Shown here: in pieces, positions 17,469 through 26,805 of the stretch | How positions within the stretch are numbered: the stretch's first letter is position 1 | How the letters are laid out: every line of letters begins with the position of its first letter | Assembly (NCBI GenBank): GCA_047601445.1 | Contig: JASGJH010000001.1 | Location: forward strand, 3,296,001 to 3,360,000 | Direction: 5' to 3' | Origin: Myxococcales bacterium | GTDB taxonomy: Bacteria; Myxococcota_A; Polyangia; Polyangiales; DASUME01 | Length of the DNA: 64,000 nucleotides | Program-made: the position numbers and the translations under genes | Notes under the pieces: generated by a model | Seen by the model: only the letters and a program-made list of their open reading frames with translations | Database searches by the model: none | Told to the model about the DNA's origin: nothing

Positions 17469-19216
17469 TTGTCTGCCATGCGACGGGCGGACATTTGGGT
17501 GCGGTCACGCTCGAGCTGCGCTGCATCGAACTTGGCGTCCCGCATCGACGTTTCGAGCTCGAACACCTCGGCGTCGAACTCGGCCTGTAGCCGCGCGAGC
17601 TGCTCGTGATGGAGCGCGCGCTTGCGCTCCAGTAGTCGCAGTTTTCGCTCAGCCTCCAGTTCCAGATGACGTCTGACCGCGACCTCCTTGGCCTCCTGGG
17701 ACGTACGCGCCGAGCCGGTGAGTACACCCGAGGCCCCCACGTAGACGTCCAGCAGCTCCACGCCGTGGTTGGTGAGCACGAATTCACGCACCTGGTTCGA
17801 GTGCGCCATGCCGCGCGACTTGAGCACGTACAGACCGCGATTTCGCTCGCCGTTGCTCTCGATGTTCTTGACCAGGAGCCACGTGTCCACCACGGAGGAG
17901 ATGGCCACCTCGGTGGCCTCCAGCGCGGAGCCGCCACCCGTCAGGCTCGTCAGCAACATGGTGATGCCCTGGCCCTTGAGGAAATCCACCAAGCGCACCA
18001 GCATTTGGTGGGCATCGACGCTGTTCGCAGCGAAGTTGCTTACGGGGTCGAAGATCACCGCCGTCGGGCCGAACTCGCGCACGGCCCGGTGAATCACGGC
18101 GAGGTGCGTCTCGAGGCCGTGGGCCGTGGGCCGGGATGCCAAGAACCGCAGCAGGTCGCGCTCGACGTGCTGGCGCAGCGAGATGCCGATCGAGCTCATG
18201 TTGCGGATGATCTGCTCGGGCGACTCCTCGAACGAGAAATACAGCACCTTCTCGCCGCGGCGACAGATGGCGTCCGCGAAGTGCGCGCTGATGCTGCTCT
18301 TGCCTGCGCCTGCGGTGCCAGAGACGAGCACGGTACTTCCGCGATAATAGCCGCCCTCTCCGCCGAGCATGGAGTCCAGCCGCGGAATGCCGGTCGGCAC
18401 CCGCTCGTCGGAGACGCGATGGGCGAGTCCGGCGCTCGTGACGGGCAGCACCGAAACACCGCCCTCGTCGATCAAGAACGGGTACTCGTTGGTGCCGTGG
18501 GTGGAACCGCGATACTTGGCCACCCGCAGCCGGCGCGTGGAGACTTGGTCCACGATGCGGTGATCCAACACCACCACGCAGTCCGAGACGTACTCTTCCA
18601 GGCCATGCCGAGTGAGCTTTCCGTCGCCGCGTTCGGCCGTGATGATCGCCGTCACGCCACGCTCCTTGAGCCACTCGAATAGACGCCGCAGCTCGGAGCG
18701 GATCACGCCGTAGTTCGAGAGTCCGCCAAACAGCATCTCGAGGGTGTCGATCACCACGCGCTTGGCGCCGACGGAGTCGATCGCGAGACCCAGTCGCAGG
18801 AACAGCCCTTCCAGGTCGTACTCGCCGTTCTCCACGATCTCCTGGGGATCGATGCGAATGTGGTCGATGGACAGCAGTCCGCGACGCTCAAGATCTTTCA
18901 GGTCGAACCCGAGCGAGGCAACGTTCTCGACGAGATCCTCGGGGCGTTCCTCGAAGGCGATGAAGGCGCCGGGCTCGTCGTAGCGCGTGGCGCCGCGCAC
19001 CAGGAACTGCATGCCGAACAGAGTCTTGCCGCAACCGGCGGCGCCACACACGAGCGTCGGTCGACCCGCCGGCAAGCCACCATCGAGCACTTCGTCGAGA
19101 CCCGCGATGCCCGTGGGAGCCTTGCGAATCGCCCTGCGCTCGGCGTGCTCCGGCCAGGTTCCGTTGGAACCGCCTGCCGCGTTCGCCGCTGTGGATGAAT
19201 CGAGGTCGTTCATCAT
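17465..19216 (-). CDS. kaiC: Double-domain KaiC clock ATPase/autokinase, KaiC2-type
   Basis: Two RecA-type domains: GAAGCGKT/FEE and GTAGAGKS/FEE; KYRGSTH, KSRGMAHSNQVREF; phosphosite context ISSVVDTW; long helical C-tail. Confidence 0.96.
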   Translation of the reverse strand: MMNDLDSSTAANAAGGSNGTWPEHAERRAIRKAPTGIAGLDEVLDGGLPAGRPTLVCGAAGCGKTLFGMQFLVRGATRYDEPGAFIAFEERPEDLVENVASLGFDLKDLERRGLLSIDHIRIDPQEIVENGEYDLEGLFLRLGLAIDSVGAKRVVIDTLEMLFGGLSNYGVIRSELRRLFEWLKERGVTAIITAERGDGKLTRHGLEEYVSDCVVVLDHRIVDQVSTRRLRVAKYRGSTHGTNEYPFLIDEGGVSVLPVTSAGLAHRVSDERVPTGIPRLDSMLGGEGGYYRGSTVLVSGTAGAGKSSISAHFADAICRRGEKVLYFSFEESPEQIIRNMSSIGISLRQHVERDLLRFLASRPTAHGLETHLAVIHRAVREFGPTAVIFDPVSNFAANSVDAHQMLVRLVDFLKGQGITMLLTSLTGGGSALEATEVAISSVVDTWLLVKNIESNGERNRGLYVLKSRGMAHSNQVREFVLTNHGVELLDVYVGASGVLTGSARTSQEAKEVAVRRHLELEAERKLRLLERKRALHHEQLARLQAEFDAEVFELETSMRDAKFDAAQLERDRTQMSARRMADK

Positions 19217-19514
19217 CTGACGGCAAGGTATGGCGGCGTGGATCGGGAAGCAAGCTCAATGAATCGCAGAATTTCCCTGAAAAATGGGCGCAATTGACAC
19301 ATGCGCCAAAATGCCACGAAGCCCCGACCAACGCTGTGTCGAGTCCATGATCGCGCTCGCATCGCCCCAGTCGCGTCGCGCGCTGGTCCGTATGGGCCTC
19401 GCTCCAGCGTGCGCGCTGAATACGCGCTGCGCGTGACTTTCGCGGAGACGTTCATGCGCGCGGGTCATCTGCGCGCGCGAGAAAACGGCACGACCTGTGC
19501 GTAGATGCTGCTCG

Positions 19515-20600
19515 ATGCCCCCGCTTGCCCAACATTCCCACCGTGATGCGACGCGCCGTTCCCACGCACTCGTCGTCGGCTCACTTCTCAACGCAGACCT
19601 CGAGGTAACGGGCGTGCTCGGCGAAGGCGGCACGGCGGTGGTCTACAGCGCGTTCCACACGGTGCTCGCGCGCGAGGTCGCCGTGAAGGTGTGTACGGTG
19701 CGAGGATCCCACGCCATCGAGGCTCAAATGAGGCTCATTTGTGAGGCCAAAATGTGCGCCTCCATCCGTGATGCGCGGATTCCACGCGTGTACGGGCTCG
19801 ACCGACTCGACGACGGGACGCTCTATATGGTGATGGAAAAGGTGGAGGGCGAGGCGCTCTCGAGGACGCTCGCACGCTGGCAAGTGCCCGTGCGCTACGC
19901 GTGTAAAGCGCTCTGCAATCTGCTCGACACACTCGAGAACGTGCACCGCGCGGGCCTGATCCATCGCGACATCAAGCCGAGCAACTTGCTCGTGGACCTG
20001 CGCCCGAGCGCGCGAACGCCCCTGCATCTGATCGACTTCGGCATCGCGAAGGTGTCGCGCGCCAGCAAGAACGATCCGGCGCTGACGCAAAACGGCGCCT
20101 TGGTTGGAACGCCGCGCTACATGGCGCCCGAGCAGATTGCGGGGCAAGTCGACACGGCGGCCGACCTTTATGCCTCAGGTATCGTGCTCTACGAGATGCT
20201 GGCTGGACGCGCACCCTTCGAGGGCAAGAGCGCGATGGAAGTGATCGCAGCGGTACTGTGTGATCCGATCCCGCCACTCGTCGAGCAGAGACCTGGCCTT
20301 CCGGAGCGTCTCTATCGCGTGGTGGATCGGGCAACCGCACGCGCACCTCGCGACCGCTTCAAGACCGCGAGCAGAATGCGCGCCGCCCTCCTGGAGGCCC
20401 TCGATGATGTGATCGCACTTGGCCCACGTCCGGAATTCGAAGCGAGGCCGCGACTTGACGACGAGCTGGACCCCAGCCGTTCCGAACTCGATGGGATGGG
20501 CACGGAGGACGAGGCCACCGAGGAGCGCACGCTCGGCGCCCGTCCCATGTGCCTGCGCGGCCCCACCAAGGTCGAAAGAGCCACATCGGCTCCGCGTTGA
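19515..20600 (+). CDS. Cytoplasmic Hanks-type Ser/Thr protein kinase
   Basis: LGEGG, VAVK, HRDIKPSN, DFG, GTPRYMAPE. No TM; acidic tail. Confidence 0.92.
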   Translation: MPPLAQHSHRDATRRSHALVVGSLLNADLEVTGVLGEGGTAVVYSAFHTVLAREVAVKVCTVRGSHAIEAQMRLICEAKMCASIRDARIPRVYGLDRLDDGTLYMVMEKVEGEALSRTLARWQVPVRYACKALCNLLDTLENVHRAGLIHRDIKPSNLLVDLRPSARTPLHLIDFGIAKVSRASKNDPALTQNGALVGTPRYMAPEQIAGQVDTAADLYASGIVLYEMLAGRAPFEGKSAMEVIAAVLCDPIPPLVEQRPGLPERLYRVVDRATARAPRDRFKTASRMRAALLEALDDVIALGPRPEFEARPRLDDELDPSRSELDGMGTEDEATEERTLGARPMCLRGPTKVERATSAPR

Positions 20601-20774
20601 GGCCGAAATCCTCAGGAACACGTTCATGCCGCCGCCCGCGCCCAGGTTCCAGCCCACTTTCTCGTCCTGTGGCCCTCCCCGAGGTCGGGCAAGCGCGGCA
20701 CCGTGAGCCCTACAGGAACCGCGGCGTAAAACTCGAGCGGCAAATGGCGCAAGGGCAGGTGAGCGGCACGCGGC

Positions 20775-21269
20775 TCAGTCGTCGCAAATATCCCCGGAGT
20801 TGCAGGAGATCATCCGCGCCAGCGAGTCGAACGGGTTCCCGCAGTCTTCTTGCTTGATGTCCCTGAGACACTCGTCGAGCTCCGCCTGCACGACGCCGTT
20901 CGGACACTCGTACTTGTTGAGGTCGTCGTTCCACTCAGCCCGGATCTTCTCCTCACAGATGTCCTTGTCGGCGTAGTCCTGGTCCGCACCGATGTTGCCG
21001 CAGCGCGCTTCACGCTCGCAGCGAGCATCCGCGATGGAACGGACGGCCAAGCTGTTGCTGATGCCCGATCCGAGCGCCGGTTCGCGACGGGGTTCGTCGT
21101 GGTGATGCTCGGCGCGCTGCGGCTCGTGACGCTCGTCGTGGTGCTCATCGTGATCCGCATCGGAATCGCCTGCGTGACGACTCTGTGGGTGCCCATGACG
21201 ACAGCCCGCCGCCGCCAATCCAACCACCACGACACCGACACCTATCGTCCAAGCCATCGTCTTCTGCAT
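20775..21269 (-). CDS. DUF6184-like myxobacterial lipoprotein
   Basis: Lipobox AAGC, His/Asp-rich linker, IADARCEREARCGNIG...C...CPNGV...CL..I....CGNP. AGGAG RBS. Confidence 0.75.
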   Translation of the reverse strand: MQKTMAWTIGVGVVVVGLAAAGCRHGHPQSRHAGDSDADHDEHHDERHEPQRAEHHHDEPRREPALGSGISNSLAVRSIADARCEREARCGNIGADQDYADKDICEEKIRAEWNDDLNKYECPNGVVQAELDECLRDIKQEDCGNPFDSLARMISCNSGDICDD

Positions 21270-21313
21270 CGCGTTCTCCTGTGGACTGAGTTCGAGACAC
21301 TCGAAGACTCGGA

Positions 21314-21330
21314 TTGCAGGCTGCGTGCCA
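21314..21330 (-). promoter_or_regulatory. Sigma54 (-24/-12) promoter
   Basis: Minus strand TGGCACG-CAGC-CTGCAA with correct GG-N10-GC spacing, about 45 nt upstream of the lipoprotein start. Confidence 0.75.
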
Positions 21331-21480
21331 GGGATTCCCGGCTGGGAACCCGCATCACGGACGGACGTCTGCACCCTCGCTGCGCATCCAGGGAGCCCTG
21401 TACGACCAGCTTGCCCCAATGGCGCAGCGCAGCCGCGCCGGACACAGAGGACAGCGCTCGTCAGGCTCACAGGCTGGCCC

Positions 21481-21521
21481 AAAACGAAGAAGGCCGCCTG
21501 GCTCGTGGGAGCAGGCGGCCT
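21481..21521 (-). terminator. Intrinsic terminator downstream of the FadF-like gene
   Basis: Stem AGGCCGCCTG/CAGGCGGCCT followed on the minus strand by TCTTCGTTTT. Confidence 0.75.
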
Positions 21522-21548
21522 CTCGCAGCGTCGGGTTGCGCCCGGGAT

Positions 21549-23726
21549 TTACTGCGCGGCTTCGGCCGAGTCGTCCACCGCGTCGAGGCCAACGCTGGTG
21601 GCGAGGATCTCGGCGATGTCCTTCTGACCGATCTTGTCTTCCTTCTCCTCGGCCTTGAGGCCGTCGGTGATCATGGTCATGCAGAAGGGACAGCCGGTGG
21701 CGAGCGTGGTAGCTCCCGTGTCGAGCAGCTGCAGGGTGCGCTTGTTGTTCACGCGCTGTGTACCGTGCTGCTCTTCCATGAACATCTGAGCGCCGCCGGC
21801 GCCGCAGCACAAGCCCTTGCTCTTGTTCCAGTAGCTGACCTCGCGCAGCTGCAGGCCCGGGATGGACTCCAGGATCTGGCGCGGCGAGTCGTATACGTCG
21901 TTGTAGCGGCCGAGGTAGCAGCTGTCGTGGTAAGCGACGACTTCCTTGGAGGCCTTCTGGGGCTTGAGCTTGCCCTGCTTGATCAGGCCCATGAGGAAGT
22001 CAGAGTGGTGGACCACGTCGAGCTTGGCGCCGAAGTCCGGGTACTCATTCTTGAGGGTGTTGAAGCAGTGCGGACAGGCCGTGATGACGGTCTTCTTCTC
22101 GGCTTCGTAGCCCTTGAGGACTTCGGCGTTCTGCTGCGCGAGCATCTGGAACAGGAACTCGTTGCCAGCGCGGCGAGCCGGGTCGCCGGTGCAGGTCTCC
22201 TCGGTGCCGAGGATGGCGAAGTCCACGCCCGCGTGCTTGAGCAGCTTGGCCACCGAGCGCGAGACCTTCTTGGCGCGGTCGTCGTAGCTGGCAGCGCAGC
22301 CCACCCAGTACAGGACGGCGGCGTCGCGCTTCTCTTCGAGCGTGGGGATGTCGAGGCCGTCCGCCCAGTTGGCGCGGTCCATGGCCGACAGGTTCCAGGG
22401 GTTGCCGTTGGTCTCCATGCCGCGGAAGGGCTTCTGGAGGTCCAGCGGGAACTCGTTCTTGATCATGACCTGGTCACGACGCATCTGAACGATCTTGTCC
22501 ACGTAGGTGATCATCACGGGGCACTGCTCTTCGCAAGCGCGACAGCTGGTGCAGGCCCAGATCACGTCGGGGTCGATGATGTTGGGCACGAGGTCCACGG
22601 CTTCGCCCGTGGTCCAGTAGCCGTCGGCCGGGGCGGGCGGGTTCGTGTGAAGGACTTCCTTCTTCAGCTCGCCCTCTTCGCTCGGCTTCTCTTCCTTCTT
22701 GCTCGGGTCGACCACGCCGCTCTCGCCGATCAAGCGGCCGCTCGAGGCGTAGAGGTGATCGCGCAGCGCCAGCGTGAGGTGCTTGGGCGAGAGCTTCTTG
22801 CCCGTGGTGTAGGCCGGACAGTTGTCGCTGCAGCGACCGCACTCCGTGCATGTGTAGAGGTCGAGCATCTGCTTCCAGCTCAGGTCGGTGACCTTGCCGA
22901 CGCCGATGGGCTCTTCGCGCTCCACCTTGCCTTCGATGTCCGGCACATTGGGCAGCTTGCCCACCGGCTCGATGCGGCTGCCGAACACGTTCGGCATGTT
23001 GGTGATGATGTGGAAGTGCTTCGAGTAGGGAAGCAGGTTGAGGAAGATGAGGACGAACGCCGAGTGCCACCAGAAGCCCGCATGCGCGAGGAAGGTGAGC
23101 GTGCCTTCACCGACGTTCTGCAGGGCGATGGAGAGCGGCGAGGCCACGGGCTCGGCCCAGTGGAAGTGGGGCGCTACGCCGGTGGCCTGCGCCTGGAGCG
23201 CGGCCGAGGCACCCACGTAGAGGAAGTCCGCCAGCATCATCGTGGCGATGATGCCGAGGATGACGAGGGCCTCCACGCCGAGCGTCATGCGCTTGGCACG
23301 CGTGACGAGGCGGTAATAGAAGAACACGCAGGCGCCGAGGAAGGCCGCTGCAGCCGCGAGCTCCTTCACGAAGCTGTAGCCATCGCCGAGCAGCGTGCCG
23401 CGGGCGAGGACACCCCAGAAGTCGAAACCGACGTCGTAGCCCCGGAACCACAGCATGATGCTGTTGAGGAGGAGCACGTTGAACGCCGCGAAGATGCCGA
23501 TGTGCGCGATGCCCGCGAGACGGTACTTCTCGTTCTTGGCCATCTTCTTCTGGCCGAGGGCGATCAGCAGGGTCTGCTCGATGCGCTTGGCCAGCTCACC
23601 GGGACGCTTGAGGTCGAACTCAGGTTCCGCAGCACCCGTCGTGAGGAGCTTGAAACGGTGGTACGCCGAGTAGGCAAAGATCGACAAAGTGACGACGAGG
23701 ATCACGGTCATCGCGATCGGATTCAT
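21549..23726 (-). CDS. fadF: Membrane Fe-S oxidoreductase, FadF/ETF:quinone oxidoreductase (HdrD/E-like)
   Basis: N-terminal cytochrome b-like TM domain (SKHFH), CTECGRCSDNCP and CTSCRACEEQCP, two CCG-type domains (YHDSCYLGR, CCGAGG, CPFC). Confidence 0.85.
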   Translation of the reverse strand: MNPIAMTVILVVTLSIFAYSAYHRFKLLTTGAAEPEFDLKRPGELAKRIEQTLLIALGQKKMAKNEKYRLAGIAHIGIFAAFNVLLLNSIMLWFRGYDVGFDFWGVLARGTLLGDGYSFVKELAAAAAFLGACVFFYYRLVTRAKRMTLGVEALVILGIIATMMLADFLYVGASAALQAQATGVAPHFHWAEPVASPLSIALQNVGEGTLTFLAHAGFWWHSAFVLIFLNLLPYSKHFHIITNMPNVFGSRIEPVGKLPNVPDIEGKVEREEPIGVGKVTDLSWKQMLDLYTCTECGRCSDNCPAYTTGKKLSPKHLTLALRDHLYASSGRLIGESGVVDPSKKEEKPSEEGELKKEVLHTNPPAPADGYWTTGEAVDLVPNIIDPDVIWACTSCRACEEQCPVMITYVDKIVQMRRDQVMIKNEFPLDLQKPFRGMETNGNPWNLSAMDRANWADGLDIPTLEEKRDAAVLYWVGCAASYDDRAKKVSRSVAKLLKHAGVDFAILGTEETCTGDPARRAGNEFLFQMLAQQNAEVLKGYEAEKKTVITACPHCFNTLKNEYPDFGAKLDVVHHSDFLMGLIKQGKLKPQKASKEVVAYHDSCYLGRYNDVYDSPRQILESIPGLQLREVSYWNKSKGLCCGAGGAQMFMEEQHGTQRVNNKRTLQLLDTGATTLATGCPFCMTMITDGLKAEEKEDKIGQKDIAEILATSVGLDAVDDSAEAAQ

Positions 23727-24091
23727 GAAACTCCTCCAGCGCGGGAACCCGCAAAAGCACAGGTTCGGGTCTCCGGGGTGCGGGTGTTATTCCCTCCATC
23801 CCACACGATGTCAATCGCCGATTCCCGTGCGGAAGCGCCGCTCTCCGAGATGCGAAGCAGGCGCGCGAGATCGCGCGCGAGGGAGCGAGAAATGTCCCTG
23901 TAAAGAGGACACCGCGCCACCCGCAAACCACCCCTCCACGACCATCAACCTGCAGCCCGGCCCTTACTGCACTTGACTTCCATTTTCAGACACAGACGCA
24001 ATCCGAAGGAGTCAGACAGGGTCGATCGGCAAGTTCCACCGTCACCCGGGCGAGGCCCAAGTTTTGGCCGGATCACGCCCCCCCAAGCACG

Positions 24092-24220
24092 AGCGAGCGC
24101 GTTCAGGCGGAGTCGATCGGCGAGCGCCCCCGCAGCCGCCGATTGAGGCGTACTCCTGTACGCCGCAGGGAGGCGGCGAGGAGGTAAGCCGCAGAGCGGC
24201 CCCGCATGGACGCGTTCGCT
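24092..24220. repeat. ~130-nt structured intergenic element with terminal inverted repeats
   Basis: AGCGAGCGCGTTCAGGCGG (24092-24110) pairs with CCGCATGGACGCGTTCGCT (24202-24220). Nested GCCGCC/GGCGGC and GGCGTAC-TCCT-GTACGCC stems. Confidence 0.65.
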
Positions 24221-24755
24221 AGCGGGGGAGTTTGGCGTCGAAAAAGGCGCGCAGCTTCACCAAGCTCTTCGGCTCGCGCGAGAAGCTCGGGGCCTGATAC
24301 GAAGCGGCGAAGCTCTTCACGTCGTTGAGGAACTCCTCGAGCAGCTTCTCCTTGCCGAGAATCTCCTGCACCGTACGCCCGCGCGCGGCACCGGTACGCA
24401 ACCCGGACACGTACTTCTCGAGGCGCGCGTACGAGGGCCCCAAGAACTCGCTGACCAGGGCGTCCTCCTCGGCCAGACGCGCCAACCCGCTGTGCCCCGT
24501 GGCGCCGGCATTCACGGCCTGGGCCGCGGCCACGCGGAGCACGAACGCGTCGTCGAGATAGCCGATATCGTCGATGCCGTCGGGGATCAGATCCAGGGAC
24601 TTGAACAGGTAGTTGAGTCCCCCCGCCGCGGCCTGGCGGGCCGCCGGGGCGACCTCGTCGCTGCCGAGCACCGCGCCCAATTGCTGGGCGTCGTCGCCGA
24701 GCGAGCGCAGCCAGGCGCCGAACGCATCGAGGAACTTTACTTCGGAATCAGCCAT
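24219..24755 (-). CDS. YkvA/DUF1232 family protein
   Basis: LNYLFKSLDLIPDGIDDIGYLDDAFVL. Confidence 0.85.
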   Translation of the reverse strand: MADSEVKFLDAFGAWLRSLGDDAQQLGAVLGSDEVAPAARQAAAGGLNYLFKSLDLIPDGIDDIGYLDDAFVLRVAAAQAVNAGATGHSGLARLAEEDALVSEFLGPSYARLEKYVSGLRTGAARGRTVQEILGKEKLLEEFLNDVKSFAASYQAPSFSREPKSLVKLRAFFDAKLPR

Positions 24756-24877
24756 CGATCCTCCCAGGTGGCCCCTTCTCAGGCTACGCCTAGCCCAAGC
24801 GCGCCCAGACTAAACGCGAAGGCGCGAAGCACGTCGCCCCGCCGCCGTGGTCGGGGCATCATAGGCAGCGCAATCTC

Positions 24878-25996
24878 GTGATTCAACAGGCCCCTCACCG
24901 CCGCTCGAATTTGCTCTTCACCGCCACCATTCTCGGTGTGGCCGCGTGTGGTGGAGCGGCACCGCAAGAGCCCATCCCGCGCAGTCTCGAGGGCCAAACG
25001 CAGGTCAGTTCGTTCGTACCGCCGTTCGCCTACGAGGCCTATGTCCGGGGCGAAATGGCGATCGCCAAAGGGGCCTTCGATGAAGCGGCGGCTCAGCTGG
25101 AACTCGCCACCGCGGCCCCCGAAGAAGATCCCTTCCTGCTGGCCCGCCTGGCCTACGCCCAGGCCCGCTCGGGACATGCCGAAGACGCCGCGGCCACACT
25201 GGCCCATGCGATGCAGCTCGACACTTGCCCGGAGGCCGTATGGCTCACCCGCGGGGAGCTGGCCGAACTGGCAGGCGACCTGCCCCATGCCGAGCAGGCC
25301 TACGCGAAGGCCGGCGAATGCGCTCCCTCGTCGGCGCGCGGTCCCATTGCCCACGCGCGGGTCCTCGCGCGGACAGGCCAGCCGAGCGCTGCGCTGGAAG
25401 CCCTGGCCAGCTTCCGGGGCAAAGAGCAACCCGCCACCGCGCGTGTCGCCTTCGAGATCGCGCTCCAGGGGACCGACCCCGCCCTGCTCGCCCATTCCCT
25501 CGAGACCTGGATCGCCTACGAAGCCCCGGACGCCGAGAGCCTCGAACGAGCGGCCCGCTGGGCACTCGAGCACGGTGATCCGAGTCTCTCGGTACGCCTG
25601 CGGGAGCACCACGCCGGCCCCTTCCCCAAGGCGCTCGAGGCCTCCATCATGCGTGCTCTCGGCGAGCGGAGCGCGCTGCGCCTGCTGCTGTCGGGCGCCC
25701 TGGCGGAGGAGCTCGGTGGCTCCCAGGCAACCGCGGAGCTGGCGCTCTTCGCCGGTGCACTGGAGCGGGCCGAACTGGAAGCCTCGAGCGCCCTCGATAG
25801 GGCGCCCAACGACGCGCTCTATGCGGTGCGAGCCCAAGCGCGCTTCGGGCTCGGGCTAGAGGCCCAGGCTCTGGCCGATTTGCGGGCGATCCGCGATCCC
25901 GCGCGCCAACACGAGACCGCGCTCGCTTTGCTGGCGGCGTCGGGTAAGCCGGCGTTGGCGGCAGAGCTGGGCGCCCTGCGGCCGACGGCTCAGTAG
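24878..25996 (+). CDS. TPR-repeat lipoprotein
   Basis: Lipobox VAAC; helical TPR-like repeats (AYEAYVRGE, LLARLAYAQARSG, AVWLTRGELAE). Confidence 0.75.
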   Translation: MIQQAPHRRSNLLFTATILGVAACGGAAPQEPIPRSLEGQTQVSSFVPPFAYEAYVRGEMAIAKGAFDEAAAQLELATAAPEEDPFLLARLAYAQARSGHAEDAAATLAHAMQLDTCPEAVWLTRGELAELAGDLPHAEQAYAKAGECAPSSARGPIAHARVLARTGQPSAALEALASFRGKEQPATARVAFEIALQGTDPALLAHSLETWIAYEAPDAESLERAARWALEHGDPSLSVRLREHHAGPFPKALEASIMRALGERSALRLLLSGALAEELGGSQATAELALFAGALERAELEASSALDRAPNDALYAVRAQARFGLGLEAQALADLRAIRDPARQHETALALLAASGKPALAAELGALRPTAQ

Positions 25997-26598
25997 TCGC
26001 CGAACAGGTCGCGAATGCGCGCGTCGAGCGCGACCGCGATCTTGTAGAGCGAGCTGATGGACGCGCTCGACTCGGCGCGCTCGATCTGGGAGAGCAGCGA
26101 GACCGAGAGCCCCGTGCGCCGAGCCATCTGCTTGAGCGTGAGGTTACGATCCTTGCGCAGGTTGCGGATGGTCTCGCCGATCACGCGGTGGAGGTTTTCC
26201 TCCGGCGAACGAAGCAAGCCCTTCTTGCGCATCACGCGGTCGACGACGACGCGGAATTCTTCGGGATTGAAGGGCTTCTTGAGGTAGTCGACGGCGTCCA
26301 GCTTCATCGACTGCACGGCGGTCTCGAGCGACGGGTAACCGGTGAAGATCACCACGGCCACGTCGTTGTCCACCTTGCGAATGCGCTCGAGGACCTGGAG
26401 CCCGTCCATCTTGGGCATCATCAGGTCGAGGACCACCAGGTGATACCCGCCGTTCTTCACTTCTTCGGGCGCACCGGACGGATCGTTGAGGGTTTTCACC
26501 TCGAAGCCGTCCTTGCTCAGGAAGGTCTCCATGTATTCGCAGATCGCCTTGTCGTCATCGACAACGAGCACTCGAACGGAAGAAAGCGGTTTGGACAT
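25990..26598 (-). CDS. Response regulator, REC + HTH-Xre (DigR-like architecture)
   Basis: VLVVDDD, DLMMP, KPF, then IGETIRNLRKDRNLTLKQMARRTGLSVSLLSQIER. Confidence 0.9.
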   Translation of the reverse strand: MSKPLSSVRVLVVDDDKAICEYMETFLSKDGFEVKTLNDPSGAPEEVKNGGYHLVVLDLMMPKMDGLQVLERIRKVDNDVAVVIFTGYPSLETAVQSMKLDAVDYLKKPFNPEEFRVVVDRVMRKKGLLRSPEENLHRVIGETIRNLRKDRNLTLKQMARRTGLSVSLLSQIERAESSASISSLYKIAVALDARIRDLFGDY

Positions 26599-26679
26599 GC
26601 AGGCTTTCCGGGTGCTGTCCCCCGGGCCAGCCGAGCAGGCCCGGGAGAGGTTTTATGCGTTTTGTGTCTCGAGAGAGAG

Positions 26680-26756
<77 letters not shown>

Positions 26757-26776
26757 ATTTCTTTCAGGCAGGGCGG

Positions 26777-26805
26777 AACCTAGACGCCGCCATCAACAGT
26801 GTCAA
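26777..26805 (-). promoter_or_regulatory. Sigma70-type promoter for tRNA-Pro, overlapping the rsmB 3' end
   Basis: Minus strand TTGACA-N17-TAGGTT followed by GC-rich CCGCCC, 20 nt upstream of the tRNA. Confidence 0.7.

Noticed and set aside
19290..19320. Sigma54-like TGGCATTTTGGCGC upstream of kaiC
   Set aside because: GG-GC spacing is 9 rather than 10 nt.
20850..23903. 1017-aa plus-strand ORF
   Set aside because: Antisense shadow of the FadF-like and DUF6184-like genes; no motifs. Expected in high-GC3 DNA.
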